Origin: Patescibacteria group bacterium
GTDB lineage: Bacteria; Patescibacteriota; Microgenomatia; UBA1400; MFAQ01
Assembly: GCA_943355005.1 (NCBI GenBank)
Contig: CALRDV010000001.1
Span: forward strand, 15,410-79,409
Length of the DNA stretch: 64,000 bases
Reading direction: 5' to 3'
In this document: piece by piece, positions 38,601 to 49,092 of the stretch
How the letters are laid out: each line of letters begins with the position of its first letter
Position numbering within the stretch: position 1 is the first letter of the stretch
Notes under the pieces: generated by a model
Database searches by the model: none
What the model was told of the DNA's origin: nothing
What the model saw: the letters and a program-made list of their open reading frames with translations, nothing else
Program-made: the position numbers and the translations under genes

Positions 38601-39403
38601 CTGTTGGTGTTACCGCCGCTCAATCCATTGGAGAGCCTGGTACACAGCTAACCATGCGTACCAAACACTCTGGAGGTGTCGCCGGTGTTGACGTTACTCA
38701 AGGTCTGCCTCGTGTTACCGAACTTTTCGAAGTTCGTCAGCCGAAGCTTGTTGCTCCTATAGCCGAGATTTCAGGCAAGGTTAAAGTTGTCGAAACCGAC
38801 AATGGAAACTTAGTCACCATTACTCCTACAGGCAAGAAAGAAGATCGCAAAGAGTATCTAATTGCTCTGGCTATGCCTCTCAAGGTCGAAGATGGCGATG
38901 TTATCGCTGTTGGAACTCAATTAGCTGCCGGTGGAGTCGATATCAAGGAACTTCTCAAGATCAAAGGCTTAAGAGCTGCTCAGAACTACCTCATTGGAGA
39001 GATTCAGGCCATCTACGAGTCCCAAGGTATTGGTATTCACGACAAACACTTTGAAGTCATCGTCCGCAAGATGTGTGACTACGTCCGCATTGACTCTCTC
39101 GGAGACTCTAGTTTGGTCGCCGGTGATGTCATTAGTCGAGGCAGTTACGAAATGGCTAACGAAGGTGTTATTGCTCAAGGAGGCGAACCTGCTACCGCTA
39201 CAAACCTCATCTTGGGTACCATCCGTGCCGCTTTGCACACTGATTCGTGGCTCTCTGCTGCATCCTTCCAAGATACCACCAGTGTCCTCACCGACGCTGC
39301 TACACAAGGTAAGATCGATCACTTGGTAGGCATGAAAGAGAACGTTATTATTGGTCGCTTGGTTCCTACTAGTAAGTTGCGTGCCAGAATAGAGAATATC
39401 TGA
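35696..39403 (+). CDS. rpoC: RNA polymerase beta' subunit
   Basis: NADFDGD catalytic motif, N-terminal Zn finger. Confidence 0.98.
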   Translation: MNNIVDFSGLQIRLASPEDIRSWSYGLVTKPETINYRTQKPEKDGLFCERIFGPTKDWECYCGKYKRVRFKGIVCDKCGVEVTLSRVRRERMGHIELSAPVAHVWFFKGAPSKLSLLLDISPKALTSVIYFSKYLVMGVNEEGREVALENVKTQMETKMNDVRTNFDKQIEDIKSQGEKEVADIKKKVKVKDELELKTEDIKVQYKQKVASLREQMVVELAFTEEIYGKLGTLVEKIQVNSLVSDSEFAKLEEYRLTDWIEAGMGSEALLEALGKVNLEELAAKLKVDLNSPSEAKKLRATKRLQVVRGLADSKIKPEWMIVKTLPVIPPDLRPMVQLSGGRFAASDLNDLYRRVINRNNRLKHLIDLGAPEIILRNEKRMLQEAVDSLIDSSQARSTRRSRTGKTLKSLSDMLRGKQGRFRQNLLGKRVDYSGRSVIVVGPELKLNQCGLPKDMALEMFKPFVLHELIKQDMAPNVKAAKALIEKRQPEVFDILEKITKKHPVLLNRAPTLHKLSIQAFWPVLVDGAAIRLHPVVCGGFNADFDGDQMAVHVPLTKKAIMEAKKHMLPMYNLVKPSAGNPVSIPDSKEMAIGVYYLTSIDTKLSMYPSPFSSPTEAITAHGAGLLNARQPIMVRMLPTDTKLFETTVGRIIFNKILPKKWGFVNHNLPRKEISAMFHRAIKELDLRRVVRLIDAVKDIGFDYSTTSGLSFAISDNEMYSGKDAFIEAGNVKAKEIEENYNSGLITNEERRKLTIQMWMDTADELAELTWQEFSEDNPVRLIIDTGMGRITKNTIKQLSAMRGIGVDPLGNMVELPTKGNFRQGLSIFEYVNSIRGSRKGLTDTALRTADAGYLTRRLVDVSHDAILRAEDCGTDEFVTIAVDDSRGKIFEKRINSRYAAKKVMNPETHKMIVDAGEVITEEIAAEITKVGVKEVEVRSPLTCKMRFGLCIKCYGNSMASNAPAVIGDPVGVTAAQSIGEPGTQLTMRTKHSGGVAGVDVTQGLPRVTELFEVRQPKLVAPIAEISGKVKVVETDNGNLVTITPTGKKEDRKEYLIALAMPLKVEDGDVIAVGTQLAAGGVDIKELLKIKGLRAAQNYLIGEIQAIYESQGIGIHDKHFEVIVRKMCDYVRIDSLGDSSLVAGDVISRGSYEMANEGVIAQGGEPATATNLILGTIRAALHTDSWLSAASFQDTTSVLTDAATQGKIDHLVGMKENVIIGRLVPTSKLRARIENI

Positions 39404-39422
39404 TAAAATACACGAGCTAACT

Positions 39423-39845
39423 ATGCCTACAACTAACCAACTAATCAAAAACGGCCGACACAACAGTGTTCGCAAAATTAAAACTACAGCTTTACGCAAA
39501 AGTTTTAACTCCGTCAAACGTCACATGGTCGCTACCATGAGTCCACAAAAAGCCGGTGTCTGTCTTCAAGTAAAGACTATGACTCCCAAGAAGCCTAACT
39601 CCGCTCTGCGTAAGATTGCCCGTGTGCGTCTTTCTAACAAGCAGGAAGTTACCGCTTACATCATGGGTGAAGGTCACAATCTTGCTGAGCACAGCATCGT
39701 CATGATTCGTGGCGGTCGTGTCCGAGATCTTCCTGGTGTTAAGTATCACATTGTTCGAGGTAAGCTCGATACCGGTGGTATCGATAAACGCCGCACTTCC
39801 AGAAGTAAATACGGTACCAAACGTCCTTCAAAAGCTAAAAAGTAA
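39423..39845 (+). CDS. rpsL: 30S ribosomal protein S12
   Basis: [21 protein letters not shown]. Confidence 0.98.
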   Translation: MPTTNQLIKNGRHNSVRKIKTTALRKSFNSVKRHMVATMSPQKAGVCLQVKTMTPKKPNSALRKIARVRLSNKQEVTAYIMGEGHNLAEHSIVMIRGGRVRDLPGVKYHIVRGKLDTGGIDKRRTSRSKYGTKRPSKAKK

Positions 39846-39864
39846 AGAAAAAAACAACCTAACA

Positions 39865-39892
39865 TGTCATTCCCGACCTGATCGGGAATCCA
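39865..39892 (+). repeat. REP-like palindrome subfamily A
   Basis: tgtcattcccgacctgatcgggaatcca between rpsL and rpsG. Confidence 0.9.
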
Positions 39893-39907
39893 TAAAAATA
39901 AAACAAT

Positions 39908-40384
39908 ATGAGATCAAAGAAAACCCCAGCCAAAACTATTAAACTCGACGCAGTCTTCGGTGACGCTCTTGTTCACAAGATGATCACTGGTGTTATGCAA
40001 GACGGACGCAAGTCGGTCGCTGCCAAACAAGTTTACAAAGCAATTGATCTCGTTGCAGAGCAATCCAAGAAAGACGGTATTGAATTCTTAAACGAAGCTT
40101 TGAATAACATTAAGCCAACCATCGAAGTCCGTTCCCGCCGAGTCGGAGGTGCCTCTTACCAGGTTCCTACCCCTATCCGTCCGGAAAGACGTGATTCCCT
40201 CGCTATCCGTTGGCTCATCAATGCCGCCAAGGCTCGAGGCTCCAATCCTTACCGAACTTTAGCTGACAAGCTCGCTGCCGAAATCATGGAAGCTCATGAA
40301 AATGCCGGAAATGCCATCAAAAAGAAACTAGACACTCACAAAATGGCCGAAGCCAATAAAGCCTTTGCACACTTCCGCTGGTAG
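39908..40384 (+). CDS. rpsG: 30S ribosomal protein S7
   Basis: EVRSRRVGGASYQVP, HKMAEANKAFAHFRW. Confidence 0.98.
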   Translation: MRSKKTPAKTIKLDAVFGDALVHKMITGVMQDGRKSVAAKQVYKAIDLVAEQSKKDGIEFLNEALNNIKPTIEVRSRRVGGASYQVPTPIRPERRDSLAIRWLINAAKARGSNPYRTLADKLAAEIMEAHENAGNAIKKKLDTHKMAEANKAFAHFRW

Positions 40385-40393
40385 TCCCTCCCA

Positions 40394-40433
40394 GAGGAGT
40401 CTCCTTGTAGGTAATCCTGCGAGGAGACTCCTC
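40394..40433. repeat. 18 bp inverted repeat made of two self-palindromic AGGAG(T/A)CTCCT units
   Basis: gaggagtctccttgtagg-taat-cctgcgaggagactcctc. Confidence 0.65.
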
Positions 40434-40450
40434 ACATTGGTCCCTATCCC

Positions 40451-40478
40451 AAAAACTCCCGCTTCAGGCGGGATTTTT
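40451..40478 (+). terminator. Terminator after rpsG
   Basis: tcccgc-ttcag-gcggga-ttttt. Confidence 0.7.
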
Positions 40479-40547
40479 GGTATTATAAGACAATATGTGA
40501 TATAATATCTCCAAAGCACATTATCTTAATCTCGATTGGAGGCTATT

Positions 40548-40817
40548 TTGGAAAATAAATTGATTCTTATGCTGGACGAGGGCACTATTGGTCTTATTCT
40601 GCCCGGAGATAAGTTGTTGGTAATCGAATGCAACACAGTTGCCAGCATGGGAAGAATTCCTGAAGATAAGTACTTTATTCACCCCAAAGATTTGGCAAGT
40701 CTCCCTGCGGAAGTTAAAATAGCCATCAACGCCGTATGTGTATCGCATGGCATAACTTCACCTTTTGAGAGGTTTGTCGCAGAATCTTCCGTCAGAAGTC
40801 CAGGATCCTACGATTGA
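40548..40817 (+). CDS. Hypothetical protein (cassette)
   Basis: TGaTATAAT 40498-40506, GGAGG SD, TTG start; terminator 40825-40849. Confidence 0.55.
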   Translation: MENKLILMLDEGTIGLILPGDKLLVIECNTVASMGRIPEDKYFIHPKDLASLPAEVKIAINAVCVSHGITSPFERFVAESSVRSPGSYD

Positions 40818-40907
40818 TAAAATAGCACCCTCATCTAGAGGGTGTTTTTATTGGTATAATATCCCATATAAGTATTGCACGTTCATTCTAAAACCAAGGA
40901 GGTTTCC

Positions 40908-41474
40908 ATGGGAATATTTCAAGGTCATCAAGTTTTGGCTCTTGTTGTTGATATTTTTTGGCCGCTCATTACGGCCATTTCAATTAGGTTTTTAACGAAA
41001 GCTCATACAAGACCAAATCGTAGATTGATGTATTGGGAGCTACCCATTATTTACATTATCATTTTGTTTCTTCCCAACTCGGTATACGCCATGTTGGAAT
41101 TGAAACATTTGTTGATGGTAGATACGGTAGCGGATATTCCAAACATCTGGTCCTTTATTGTTTTTGGCGGAATCTCTCTATTTGGATATCTGGTGACTCT
41201 TTATCAGAATATTCTAATTGCGAATTTTTTTACCAAAACTAAAACAGGCCACATGAAAGCATTTGCTCTTCTATCGATTGTCGGTGGTTTTGGTGGTGTT
41301 GCGGGTCTGTTAAATTTTAATAGTTACGAGGGAATTCTGACCCCACAGGTTTTGTATCTCATTACTAAGATGATTTTTCACCACCCGGTACTGATCGTTC
41401 TTGGAATTGGTGTTTCGGTGTTTATCTTTTTATCTACAGTTTTAGTGCGTCGCATTCAAAAGCCTTCCTCTTAA
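40908..41474 (+). CDS. DUF1361-like multi-pass membrane protein (cassette)
   Basis: FLPNSVYAMLELKHL resembles DUF1361 motif; AAGGAGG SD; TGgTATAAT 40852. Confidence 0.55.
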   Translation: MGIFQGHQVLALVVDIFWPLITAISIRFLTKAHTRPNRRLMYWELPIIYIIILFLPNSVYAMLELKHLLMVDTVADIPNIWSFIVFGGISLFGYLVTLYQNILIANFFTKTKTGHMKAFALLSIVGGFGGVAGLLNFNSYEGILTPQVLYLITKMIFHHPVLIVLGIGVSVFIFLSTVLVRRIQKPSS

Positions 41475-41611
41475 CAGGAAGGTTTTTTTATTCCAAGATA
41501 TATCTATACTACAAATAAAATAGGTAGTATATTAATGTCTCTGGAGGAAAAATATAGAATCTACTTGTGTAGTTAAACTTTGTTTCCAAATGTTCTTTAA
41601 AAAGGAGATTA

Positions 41612-42184
41612 ATGAAAAAGACATTTTCTTTTGTGATGATTTCTGTATGTGCAACTCTGCTCATTTCCTGTACCGCAGTATTTTCTTCACTTGGCTACGT
41701 TCCCAGAGCAGATCTGGACGCCGCCACTAAGCAAGTTAGTGATTTAAATACCAAGCTGACTACGGCAAATACCGAGATCGAGAAGTTGAAGACCGGTAAT
41801 GCCGAGAAAGATGTAAAACTCACGGACTATCAAAGCCAAATAACCGAAGCCCAGTCCGACCTTACCAAGATTAAAAATCAGCTTTCTCAATCGGACCTCA
41901 CGCTCGAAGATTGGAAATCACTTCAGTGCGAACAAGACTGGGATATGCTTTGGTACAAAGCCATTTTCAGCTGGCCTCTCACGGATTATTCCAACCTGCC
42001 GGACTACTTTCATTACTATATTGCAGTGACTCAGTGGTCCACCGATCCAAAATGGCAATTGGACGATTCGAAGGCTTTTTCGGTTGTCCTTTTCGATCGG
42101 GATAACGATCAATCCATGGCGATTGACACGGTCAATGACTGTGTGATCTTGAATCCGGATGTGTTCGATTTTTTAGAAAAATAG
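41612..42184 (+). CDS. Putative lipoprotein/exported coiled-coil protein (cassette)
   Basis: Signal peptide with LLISC lipobox-like site; coiled coil; AAGGAG SD. Confidence 0.65.
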   Translation: MKKTFSFVMISVCATLLISCTAVFSSLGYVPRADLDAATKQVSDLNTKLTTANTEIEKLKTGNAEKDVKLTDYQSQITEAQSDLTKIKNQLSQSDLTLEDWKSLQCEQDWDMLWYKAIFSWPLTDYSNLPDYFHYYIAVTQWSTDPKWQLDDSKAFSVVLFDRDNDQSMAIDTVNDCVILNPDVFDFLEK

Positions 42185-42304
42185 ACACGGTGCAAGCCAA
42201 AGCTCCTTCACCCTAATCCATTATCGGCCGCTCACGCGGCCGGTTTTTTATATGAGATAATCACCCCAGTACTTTGACTAAATCTTTTTGTTTAAGGAGA
42301 TCTC

Positions 42305-43765
42305 ATGAAACCCAGTCTCAAATTGCTAGATCACGATCTTGTATTGCGGGTTGTTCGCGAAGCCTTTTCGTTGCTTATGAAGCCGGGAATTAAAGTTCAG
42401 AACTTGGAAGCCCGCCAATTACTTACCTCTGCCGGTGCCACAGTAAACGAAGAAACTCAGGTTGTTCAAATTCCTGAATATGTCGTTCGTCTGGCGCTGA
42501 ACTCGGTTCCTTCAGAATTTTGGCTTTATGATCTGGCCGGGAAACCTACTGTTCACTACGGTGGAGACTCAGTCCACTTTGATCCGGGTTCTTCCGGCAT
42601 CAATATTCTGGATCCGGAAACTCTTGAACATCGTGAAGCTACAACTGCTGACTTGATTCGAATTATCAAAGTCGCCGAAGGTATTCCTCAGTACGACGCC
42701 CAGTCCACTGCCGTCGTCTGTAGCGATGTCCCCCAGGAGATTCAGGATTTGTATCGACTTTATCTCGTCCTTCTTCACTCATCCAAGCCAATTGTTACCG
42801 GCGCATTTTCTAACAAGAACATCGGCAACATGATTGAGATGCTCGCTATCATGTCCGGCAGTGCCGGAAATCTTCGGCGTTATCCTCGAGCTGTCTTTGA
42901 TGTTTGTCCGTCTCCTCCTCTCATCTGGTCAAACTTTGGTGCCGGCAATCTCATGGCTCTCGCTCGAGCCGGTGTTCCGGCCGAAATGATTTCGATGCCC
43001 ATCGCCGGTGCCGCTGCTCCCGTAACCCTTATCGGTTCCGTTGTTCAGCACACGGCCGAGTCGCTCGCCGGCATCGTCATTCATCAGCTGGCCTATCCCG
43101 GTTCTCCCATTGTCTGGGGCGGAGCTCCTGCCATTATGGACATGCGCAAGGGTAGCACTCCCATGGGTGCCATCGAGACTGCCATGATCGATTGTTCATA
43201 CGCCCAGGTTGGTAAATATCTTGGTGTTCCTACCCACACTTATTTGGGAGGAAGTGACGCCAAGTCGGTCGACGCTCAAGCCGGGCTCGAAGGAGCCATG
43301 TCCATTCTCATCGGCGCCCTCAGTGGTGTCAATATGATTTCCGGCGCCGGCATGATCGACTCACTTCTTTGCATGAGTCCGGAAAAGCTGGTTATTGATG
43401 CCGAATCCATTGCTATGGCTCGTCGCATGCTAGTAGGAATGAAAACACCCACAGACACTTTGGCTACCGGATTTTACGAAGGAGTCAATTTTAAAGGCGG
43501 AGATTTCCTTAAGCAGCGCATCACCATGCAACTTTTCCAGCAGGAGCAAAATCTTCCCGGTCGCGTCATCGATCGAGGCTCCACTCGCGAATGGAAAAAT
43601 TCGGGTAAATTGGACACATTTGGCCGGGCCAAGCTCGAAGTCAAAAAGCTTGTGGCTTCGTACCAATATCCAGACCTAAATCTCGCTCGCGAAGCTGCCT
43701 TGCACCACTTTGTCCGCAATCTGGCCAAAAAAGCCGGCGTGACCAATCTCCCGACTCTCGAATAA
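42305..43765 (+). CDS. MttB-superfamily (trimethylamine/betaine:corrinoid) methyltransferase, non-pyrrolysine
   Basis: AGAAAPVTLIG, PGSPIVWGG, SDAKSVDAQAGLE, AGMIDS...SPEKLVIDAE; no in-frame amber. Confidence 0.88.
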   Translation: MKPSLKLLDHDLVLRVVREAFSLLMKPGIKVQNLEARQLLTSAGATVNEETQVVQIPEYVVRLALNSVPSEFWLYDLAGKPTVHYGGDSVHFDPGSSGINILDPETLEHREATTADLIRIIKVAEGIPQYDAQSTAVVCSDVPQEIQDLYRLYLVLLHSSKPIVTGAFSNKNIGNMIEMLAIMSGSAGNLRRYPRAVFDVCPSPPLIWSNFGAGNLMALARAGVPAEMISMPIAGAAAPVTLIGSVVQHTAESLAGIVIHQLAYPGSPIVWGGAPAIMDMRKGSTPMGAIETAMIDCSYAQVGKYLGVPTHTYLGGSDAKSVDAQAGLEGAMSILIGALSGVNMISGAGMIDSLLCMSPEKLVIDAESIAMARRMLVGMKTPTDTLATGFYEGVNFKGGDFLKQRITMQLFQQEQNLPGRVIDRGSTREWKNSGKLDTFGRAKLEVKKLVASYQYPDLNLAREAALHHFVRNLAKKAGVTNLPTLE

Positions 43766-43770
43766 TCATC

Positions 43771-43850
43771 TGTCATTGCGAGCGCTGCGCGGCAATCTAC
43801 CTGCTATAAAACTTCTCCCTCCACCCCGTCTAAACAGCGGGGTTTTTATT
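43771..43850 (+). repeat. REP subfamily C plus ccaccccgtcta terminator module, copy 1
   Basis: tgtcattgcgagcgctgcgcggcaatct ... accccgtctaaacagcggggttttt. Confidence 0.75.
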
Positions 43851-43930
43851 GGCCTATAGTTGATTTACACCCCAGTTTTTGATAGAATACCCCAAAGTTT
43901 AACTCTTTAATAACTAAATGGAGGTGACCC

Positions 43931-44296
43931 GTGTGGCACTCGATTATGCGCTTTTTTAAGTCTTTCGGGAAAAAACCGGTTCAAAAAAAAGATAACGTAG
44001 TTCTTGTGAACATCGATTATCAGCCGGATTTTTTCTTCCTTCCCACTCATTTTTCCGGCAACGACCCGATCAGACAAATTTCAGAACGGGATCTGGATCT
44101 TTTGCTCAGATGGTACTCAGGTGTTCCCTCAACTCCCGATCCGATTTGGGATGCAATTATGCGAGGTGATGAGGAGCGCCCTTTACCGGCAGTTACCGAC
44201 CTGAACCAAGCTATACAAGACATGGAGACAATGTGGCTGAACAAGGGAAATCTCCCTGACGCAGAAATATTCAAAGCCTTCAAACCGGAGATCTAA
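43931..44296 (+). CDS. Hypothetical protein (cassette)
   Basis: GGAGGTG SD, GTG start, TGaTAGAAT upstream. Confidence 0.6.
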   Translation: MWHSIMRFFKSFGKKPVQKKDNVVLVNIDYQPDFFFLPTHFSGNDPIRQISERDLDLLLRWYSGVPSTPDPIWDAIMRGDEERPLPAVTDLNQAIQDMETMWLNKGNLPDAEIFKAFKPEI

Positions 44297-44297
44297 A

Positions 44298-44648
44298 ATG
44301 GATACCGAAGATGTTCTTATACTTCTGGCATTATTATTACTGCTCGTTATCGTTTTCTTGGTAATTGGATTGGGGACCCAAAGTTCCCCCGGTGTAGAAA
44401 AGCTTCCTAATGGACAAATTTTTGTCCCTGACGGTGCAACTCTTCGAGAGTATAACTCCCTGTCAAAAATGTTTTACTCAATCACCCCTCAAGGGGACAC
44501 TGTCACTATCAATCTTATAGTTGATATGAAAGTTAAGCTCTGTGACCCCAATTGCACTAAAGAAGTTTGGACAGGCTTTATTAGTTGGACCTTCGAAAAA
44601 GTCCCGGGAGGCATAAACGTCACCCCTCCATTTGCTTCTGTTCCCTAG
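44298..44648 (+). CDS. Membrane-anchored hypothetical protein
   Basis: N-terminal TM, coupled to upstream ORF. Confidence 0.6.
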   Translation: MDTEDVLILLALLLLLVIVFLVIGLGTQSSPGVEKLPNGQIFVPDGATLREYNSLSKMFYSITPQGDTVTINLIVDMKVKLCDPNCTKEVWTGFISWTFEKVPGGINVTPPFASVP

Positions 44649-44670
44649 CTTTAGCCTCGCCTTCACCATC

Positions 44671-44745
44671 CGTCATTGCGAATCTCGTACTCGAGCTGTG
44701 GCAATCTCACTCCACCCACCCCGTCTAACCAACGGGGTTTTATTT
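44671..44745 (+). repeat. REP subfamily C plus ccaccccgtcta terminator module, copy 2
   Basis: cgtcattgcgaatctcgtactcgagctgtggcaatct ... accccgtctaaccaacggggtttt. Confidence 0.75.
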
Positions 44746-44747
44746 TA

Positions 44748-45041
44748 TTAACACATATCGGCCACCATCGGCATCACCTCAATGCACGGCGTTCCCCAGC
44801 TATGATTCTTCAGAATAAATTCATGTATATCTGTCAATTTAATTTTGGTCGTCTTCAAACTAATCAAAACCACTTCTTCCCCCGAAGCCCCCTTCGGTCC
44901 CGGATACATAAGGAATGTGGGTGTAATCTTCGCCGTGCCACACAGTTCTTTATCCAGCATCTCTTTACAAAGTTTCTCTGCCTCTTTCTTGGTCGGGCAG
45001 GGGATATTGATAACCACCGGATCCATATCACTTATATTCAT
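44748..45041 (-). CDS. cutA: Divalent-cation tolerance protein CutA
   Basis: PTKKEAEKL...ELCG, EEVVLISLKT, HSWGTPCI. Confidence 0.8.
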   Translation of the reverse strand: MNISDMDPVVINIPCPTKKEAEKLCKEMLDKELCGTAKITPTFLMYPGPKGASGEEVVLISLKTTKIKLTDIHEFILKNHSWGTPCIEVMPMVADMC

Positions 45042-45193
45042 ACCTGTATTTTTTCACCAAGGTCTTTAATAAGCAATCTTTTTATACATGGCGTCATTCG
45101 AGTGATTATGGTAAAATTAGCCTCGTGAATAACTCTCCTTCAGTGGGGAGGTTTAATTCGTCAAAATAATTAATCAATAACCAATAACCAAAA

Positions 45194-47317
45194 ATGGCCG
45201 CTCCTACAGGAAAAAAAGTCCCTCTAGACCGTGTTAGAAACACCGGTATTATCGCTCATATCGACGCAGGTAAAACCACAACCACAGAACGAATTCTTTT
45301 TTACACCGGTAAGTCCTACAAAATTGGTGATATTGACGAAGGCAACACCCAGATGGACTGGATGGAGCAAGAGAAGGAACGCGGCATAACCATCGTTTCC
45401 GCTGCTACCACCGCTTTCTGGACTCCTGTACTTCCTAATGCCCGCTTCAAAGAAGAGCACCGCTTCAACATCATCGATACTCCGGGTCACGTCGACTTTA
45501 CCGCCGAAGTTGAGCGCTCTCTCCGCGTTCTAGATGGGGGAGTCATCGTCTTGGATGCCGGTTCAGGTGTTCAGTCTCAAACTGAAACTGTCTGGCGCCA
45601 AGCAGACAAGTACAAAGTTCCTCGTATTGCTTTCATCAATAAAATGGACGTTTTGGGTGCCGACTACATGGCTACCATCAATGACGTTCATGAGAAGCTA
45701 GGTGCCAAGACTGCTGTCATGGCTCTACCTCTCGGTGTCGAAAACACTTTCCGTGGCATTATTATGCTTTTGGAAAGACAGACCATCATTTGGAAAGGTG
45801 ATGAGACAGGCGCTCTCTACGAAGTTACCGAAGGCTTCCCTGAAGACATGAAAGACGAATGCGAGCTCGAGCGCGCTAAGCTCATCGAGTCCATCGTTGA
45901 ATTTGACGAAGTTCTGATGGGTGAGTACCTCGAAGGCAAAGAGCCTTCTATGGACGCTCTCAAAGCCGCTCTCCGCGTCGCTACCTGTGCCAATCAAATC
46001 GTGCCTGTCTTCCCTGGTTCCTCACTCCGCAACAAAGGTGTTCAGCCTCTTCTTGATGCTGTCGTCGACTTCCTCCCTTCACCTCTCGACAAGCCAACCA
46101 TCACCGGTACCGATCCTGAAACCAACGAAGAAGTCACCCGCAAGGCTGATCCTTCTGAGCCTTTTTCAGGCTTAGCTTTCAAAATTCAAGCCGATCCTCA
46201 TGTGGGTAAGCTCACCTACGTCCGTGTATACTCCGGCAAAATTGCTTCAGGCTCATTTGTCTACAACGCCAGTAAAGGCGAAAGAGAGCGTTTGGGACGC
46301 CTCATGCTTATGCATGCGAACACCCGAGAAGAAGTCGCCGAGGCTACCGCGGGTGAAATCGTCGGTGTCGTAGGTTTAAAAATGACCAAAACAGGTGATA
46401 CTCTCTGTGACGAAAACCATCAGCTGGTTCTCGAATCCATCAACTTCCCTGATCCTGTTATCTCTCTGGCTATCGAGCCGAAGACCAAAGCCGATCAAGA
46501 AAAGCTTGATCTCGCTCTAAGTCGTTTAGCCGAAGAAGATCCTACCTTCAGAATCAAAACCGACCACGAAACCGGTCAAACTGTCATCTCAGGCATGGGT
46601 GAGCTTCACCTTGAAATCTTGGTTGATCGTTTACGCCGTGAATTCAAAGTCGATGCTTCTACCGGTGCTCCTCAGGTCGCTTACCGTGAAACCGTTACCA
46701 AAACCGCTCAAGGCGAAGGTAAATTCATCCGTCAGTCGGGTGGACGCGGTCAATACGGTCACTGTATTCTTATTGTTACTCCCAAGTCTAGAGGCGAAGG
46801 GTTTACCTTCACCAACAAGGTCGTTGGAGGCTCTATTCCTAAAGAATTCATCGGACCTATCGAAAAAGGTGTCCGCGAAGCTTTGGACAATGGCTTAATT
46901 GCCGGTTTCCCCATGGTTGATCTCGATGTCGCTGTTATAGATGGAAGTTACCACGACGTTGACTCTTCCGAAATGTCCTTCAAGATTGCCGGTTCTATGG
47001 CTCTTCAAGACGCCGTCAAGAATGCTTCACCTGTCATCCTCGAGCCCATTATGAAGGTTGAAGTCACTACTCCTGAAGCCAACATGGGTGACATCATTGG
47101 TGATCTTTCCAGTCGCAGAGCTCAAATTGGTGGCACCGCCCAGCGTGGAAATGCCCGCGTTATAACTGCTACAGTGCCCCTTTCCGAGCTTTCCGCTTAC
47201 TCGACTGCTATCCGTTCTCTCACCGCGGGACGTGCCAACTACTATATGGAGCCTTCCCATTATCAAGACCTTCCTGCTAGCTTGGCCGCAAAGCTATTGA
47301 AATCTCCGACGAACTAG
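45194..47317 (+). CDS. fusA: Elongation factor G
   Basis: [24 protein letters not shown]; own TGgTAAAAT promoter near 45109. Confidence 0.98.
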   Translation: MAAPTGKKVPLDRVRNTGIIAHIDAGKTTTTERILFYTGKSYKIGDIDEGNTQMDWMEQEKERGITIVSAATTAFWTPVLPNARFKEEHRFNIIDTPGHVDFTAEVERSLRVLDGGVIVLDAGSGVQSQTETVWRQADKYKVPRIAFINKMDVLGADYMATINDVHEKLGAKTAVMALPLGVENTFRGIIMLLERQTIIWKGDETGALYEVTEGFPEDMKDECELERAKLIESIVEFDEVLMGEYLEGKEPSMDALKAALRVATCANQIVPVFPGSSLRNKGVQPLLDAVVDFLPSPLDKPTITGTDPETNEEVTRKADPSEPFSGLAFKIQADPHVGKLTYVRVYSGKIASGSFVYNASKGERERLGRLMLMHANTREEVAEATAGEIVGVVGLKMTKTGDTLCDENHQLVLESINFPDPVISLAIEPKTKADQEKLDLALSRLAEEDPTFRIKTDHETGQTVISGMGELHLEILVDRLRREFKVDASTGAPQVAYRETVTKTAQGEGKFIRQSGGRGQYGHCILIVTPKSRGEGFTFTNKVVGGSIPKEFIGPIEKGVREALDNGLIAGFPMVDLDVAVIDGSYHDVDSSEMSFKIAGSMALQDAVKNASPVILEPIMKVEVTTPEANMGDIIGDLSSRRAQIGGTAQRGNARVITATVPLSELSAYSTAIRSLTAGRANYYMEPSHYQDLPASLAAKLLKSPTN

Positions 47318-47384
47318 CGTAAAATCTGCTAAAATAAATAGTCCCAAAAAAGCAATTACAAAATAATTATAAAAATAAAATAAA

Positions 47385-48560
47385 ATGGCAACATTCCAAA
47401 GAACCAAGCCCCACGTTAATATTGGCACCATCGGTCACGTCGATCACGGCAAGACCACATTAACCGCCGCTATTACCACCACTTTAGCTGGACAAGGTCT
47501 AGCCGAAGCTCTTCCTTTTGATCAAATCGATAAATCTCCTGAAGAGAGAGAGCGCGGAGTTACAATTCAAATTTCCCACGTTCCTTACGAAACCAAGAAA
47601 CGTCACTACGCTCACATCGACTGTCCGGGTCACCGCGATTACATCAAGAACATGATTACTGGTGCCGCCCAGATGGATGGTGCTATTCTAGTCGTCGCCG
47701 CTACCGATGGTCCTATGCCTCAAACCAACGAGCACTTGCTCTTGGCCAAACAGGTCAACGTTCCTCGCTTAGTCGTCGCTTTAAACAAATGTGACGCTGT
47801 TTCAGATCCTGAGCTCATTGAGCTCGTCGAGATGGAAATTCGCGAGAAATTGGTTAAATACGGTTTTGAAGAGAACACTCCTATTGTCCGCGTCTCCGCT
47901 CTAAAAGCTCTCGAAGGCGACAAAGAAGCCCAAGCTCAAATCATGACTCTCATGGACACAGTTGACGAATGGATTCCAGATCCAGTTCGCGAACTCGACA
48001 AGCCTTTCCTTATGCCTGTTGAAGATGTTTTCTCAATCAAAGGTCGCGGCACTGTCGTTACCGGACGTATTGAGACCGGAGTCATCAAGGTTGGTGAAGA
48101 AATCGAAATTGTCGGTATCAAAGACACTGCTAAATCAGTTGTCACCGGAGTCGAGATGTTCCACCAGCAGCTAGAACAAGGTCAAGCAGGCGACAACGTC
48201 GGTCTACTTCTCCGCGGAATTGAAAAAGATGACGTCCAAAGAGGACAAGTCTTAGCCAAAACCGGTTCCATCAAACCTCACACCAAGTTCGAAGCCGAAG
48301 CTTATATCTTAGGCAAAGACGAAGGTGGTCGCCACACTCCTATGTTCACTGGTTACAAACCTCAGTTCTTCATCCGAACCACTGACGTTACCGGAGAAGT
48401 GAAGCTCGCCGAAGGTGTAGAGATGATCATGCCTGGTGACAACGCCAAAATGACCGTTGAACTCATTCAACCAATTGCTATGACTGAAGGCCAGAAATTC
48501 GCTATCCGCGAAGGTGGACTCACAGTTGGAGCAGGTGTTATTACCAAGATTATCGCTTAA
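47385..48560 (+). CDS. tuf: Elongation factor Tu
   Basis: [18 protein letters not shown]. Confidence 0.98.
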   Translation: MATFQRTKPHVNIGTIGHVDHGKTTLTAAITTTLAGQGLAEALPFDQIDKSPEERERGVTIQISHVPYETKKRHYAHIDCPGHRDYIKNMITGAAQMDGAILVVAATDGPMPQTNEHLLLAKQVNVPRLVVALNKCDAVSDPELIELVEMEIREKLVKYGFEENTPIVRVSALKALEGDKEAQAQIMTLMDTVDEWIPDPVRELDKPFLMPVEDVFSIKGRGTVVTGRIETGVIKVGEEIEIVGIKDTAKSVVTGVEMFHQQLEQGQAGDNVGLLLRGIEKDDVQRGQVLAKTGSIKPHTKFEAEAYILGKDEGGRHTPMFTGYKPQFFIRTTDVTGEVKLAEGVEMIMPGDNAKMTVELIQPIAMTEGQKFAIREGGLTVGAGVITKIIA

Positions 48561-48602
48561 AGTTTCAATAGAAATTAGCACCTTTATTCTTCTTAACAAT
48601 AT

Positions 48603-48914
48603 ATGACAGACCAACCACGCATTCGCGTCAAGCTAAAATCATTTGACCATCGTGTCATTGACGAGGCCGCCAAGAAAATTATTCAGGCCGCATTGGTCTC
48701 AGGCGCCCAGGTGGTTGGTCCTGTCCCATTGCCAACAAAGAAGAAGGTTATCATTGTGACGGCTTCGCCTCACACCGATAAAGATTCTCGTGAACAATTC
48801 GCCATTCTTACACACAAGAGGTTGATTGATATCGTTAATCCAACTAACAAAACCATTGACTCACTTCAGCATCTGGATCTTCCTGCCGGTGTCGGCATCG
48901 AGATTAAGATGTAA
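48603..48914 (+). CDS. rpsJ: 30S ribosomal protein S10
   Basis: GPVPLPT, DSREQF. Confidence 0.97.
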   Translation: MTDQPRIRVKLKSFDHRVIDEAAKKIIQAALVSGAQVVGPVPLPTKKKVIIVTASPHTDKDSREQFAILTHKRLIDIVNPTNKTIDSLQHLDLPAGVGIEIKM

Positions 48915-49092
48915 TTTATGTCGAAAACTTTAAATTATTAAAAAACTGCCCTACCGATTTTCGATAACTCGAATTTCGCAAGGCATTTTTTATAGGGATA
49001 AACCCCTTTATTAACAAGCGAAGCGAGAGAAGTGAAAAAACAAATTTTCATTTCCGAGCAAGCGAAGTAAATACAAAGTATTAAAAAACAAC

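Noticed and set aside
42305-43765. Pyrrolysine recoding in the MttB homologue
   Set aside because: No in-frame TAG; the ORF is continuous.
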